Positions 62,758-64,000 of a stretch of DNA of 64,000 bases are shown piece after piece. The DNA lies in assembly GCA_032718475.1 (NCBI GenBank), contig JAUCBJ010006199.1, positions 3,887 to 67,886 of the forward strand. Reading direction: 5' to 3'. Within the stretch, counting starts at the first letter, position 1. Each line of letters begins with the position of its first letter. This DNA comes from Nemertoderma westbladi (Eukaryota > Animalia > Xenacoelomorpha). Position numbers and translations under genes: made by a program. The notes below the pieces were generated by a model. That model did not search any database and was not told the origin of the DNA. It saw only the letters and a program-made list of their open reading frames with translations.

Positions 62758-64000
62758 TTTCGGGTGCCACATAGTTTCGGAAGAAACCTGGGAAGCTGTA
62801 CCCACCCACACACTGCACACAGGCCCCAGTGGTCATAATATCCTATGTATAAAGGAACTCTGTGTAAAGGAACTCCTATGTATAGGAGATATATATATGG
62901 ATAGGATCATATCTATCCGTGACTGTCAATACACCATGGTGAGGACTTTCCAAATTTACCATCGTCTTTTCGGGGGGTGCAGAACAAAACTCGTAACCCA
63001 CAATATGTAGTGCAGTGCACAGTAATCAAAACTACTCTGCAATGTGCAGAAGTCCTCCGCTCAGCATGACTGATCTGCTTGAAGAAAAAAATTCACTACA
63101 AAAAACAACAAATTGAACCCAAGTACAAATTGTGTGAAGGAAAAATTCCCTATACATGGTGATTAACAGTCGTACATTATGTCGTCGTAGGTGAACGTAT
63201 AACTGGTGTCTAGCAAAATGGCTTAAAGGTTGTTACAGCAACTTGTACTGTTGCAATTTAATTATAAAAAGTTCGAGAAAGTGCCAATCTTCAACAGTTA
63301 CAGTAGGTACTTTTTTGCAATAATAAAAATAACTATTATTTTTCGAATAAGGCTATTTTCTCGAACGAAAATTCAGATCTATTCAGATTAGGAAATCATG
63401 TGATTGTGAGGTTATCTTTTCATCGGTATACTGTACCATTAAGCGACAGGGGGGGGGGGGGGGTCTTGACGCAAATCCCATCTTTGCGAATTAATATCCC
63501 GCCTCAATGTTCAATTCTCAATTTAGGGAAAGGAACAGGATGCAGTGTCGCGTTATTCTAACCAAAACAATAAACTAAAATTAAAAGAGGAGGTTATAGT
63601 TTTATTTTTGTGAGTAATCAGCTGTTATTTGCGTCGCATTTCCCCTGGAGAAAGGAGATGGATAAATTTGCGTCGAAAGTCCCCCCCCCCCACCCCTCCC
63701 AAATCTCACATGTAAACAACGTAATCACGATAAGACCGAAGCAAATAGGCCTACTGTAGCTGTATTTTCCAGCTACATTGATGAACTAGAAAGGATGGCT
63801 GGAAGGAGCCTAGGGGAGGAATCCTAGCCAAGACTATTACAAAAATGAACATGTCAGTCAGCAGTAAGTAAACTAAACAATTGTCTAAACTGCAAGGCGT
63901 GAGGCTAGCTGTCTTTGTGGCTCGCCCCACATAATAAAAAATGCAACTTAGCTACCACTAACAAAAATATAATATGAAGCAAATAATTTCATTATCAAGC

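Overview
AT-rich, repeat-dense metazoan (invertebrate-like) genomic DNA. The centrepiece is a ~28-kb minus-strand SRSF10/12-like SR-protein gene that I reconstructed by hand from five coding exons (39272-39202, 29819-29715, 26315-26212, 24062-23816, 11574-11496; 606 nt, 201 aa). Intron 1 has a GC donor and contains a same-strand, intronless ENGase gene. Intron 2 is a U12-type AT-AC intron that encloses a competing U2 GT-AG intron, a purine-rich candidate poison exon and a second U12-type donor. Intron 3 is mostly a tandem array of the exon-3/5' splice-site junction. Intron 4 holds a sense-strand type I hammerhead ribozyme motif followed by ~11.6 kb of a 38-bp repeat that reads branch point-pyrimidine tract-AG in the transcript. 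Other genes are an intronless ELAV/Sex-lethal-family 3-RRM gene and an intronless MTFR (mitochondrial fission regulator) gene. Mobile DNA includes a CsRn1-clade Ty3/gypsy element with identical LTRs but a frameshifted RT, a truncated RTE LINE, a Merlin transposon, hAT and PIF/Harbinger MITEs, a TA-flanked foldback family (one copy carries an alpha-tubulin C-terminal fragment) and tRNA-derived SINEs. All calls come from reading the sequence; no database searches were run and copy numbers are estimates.
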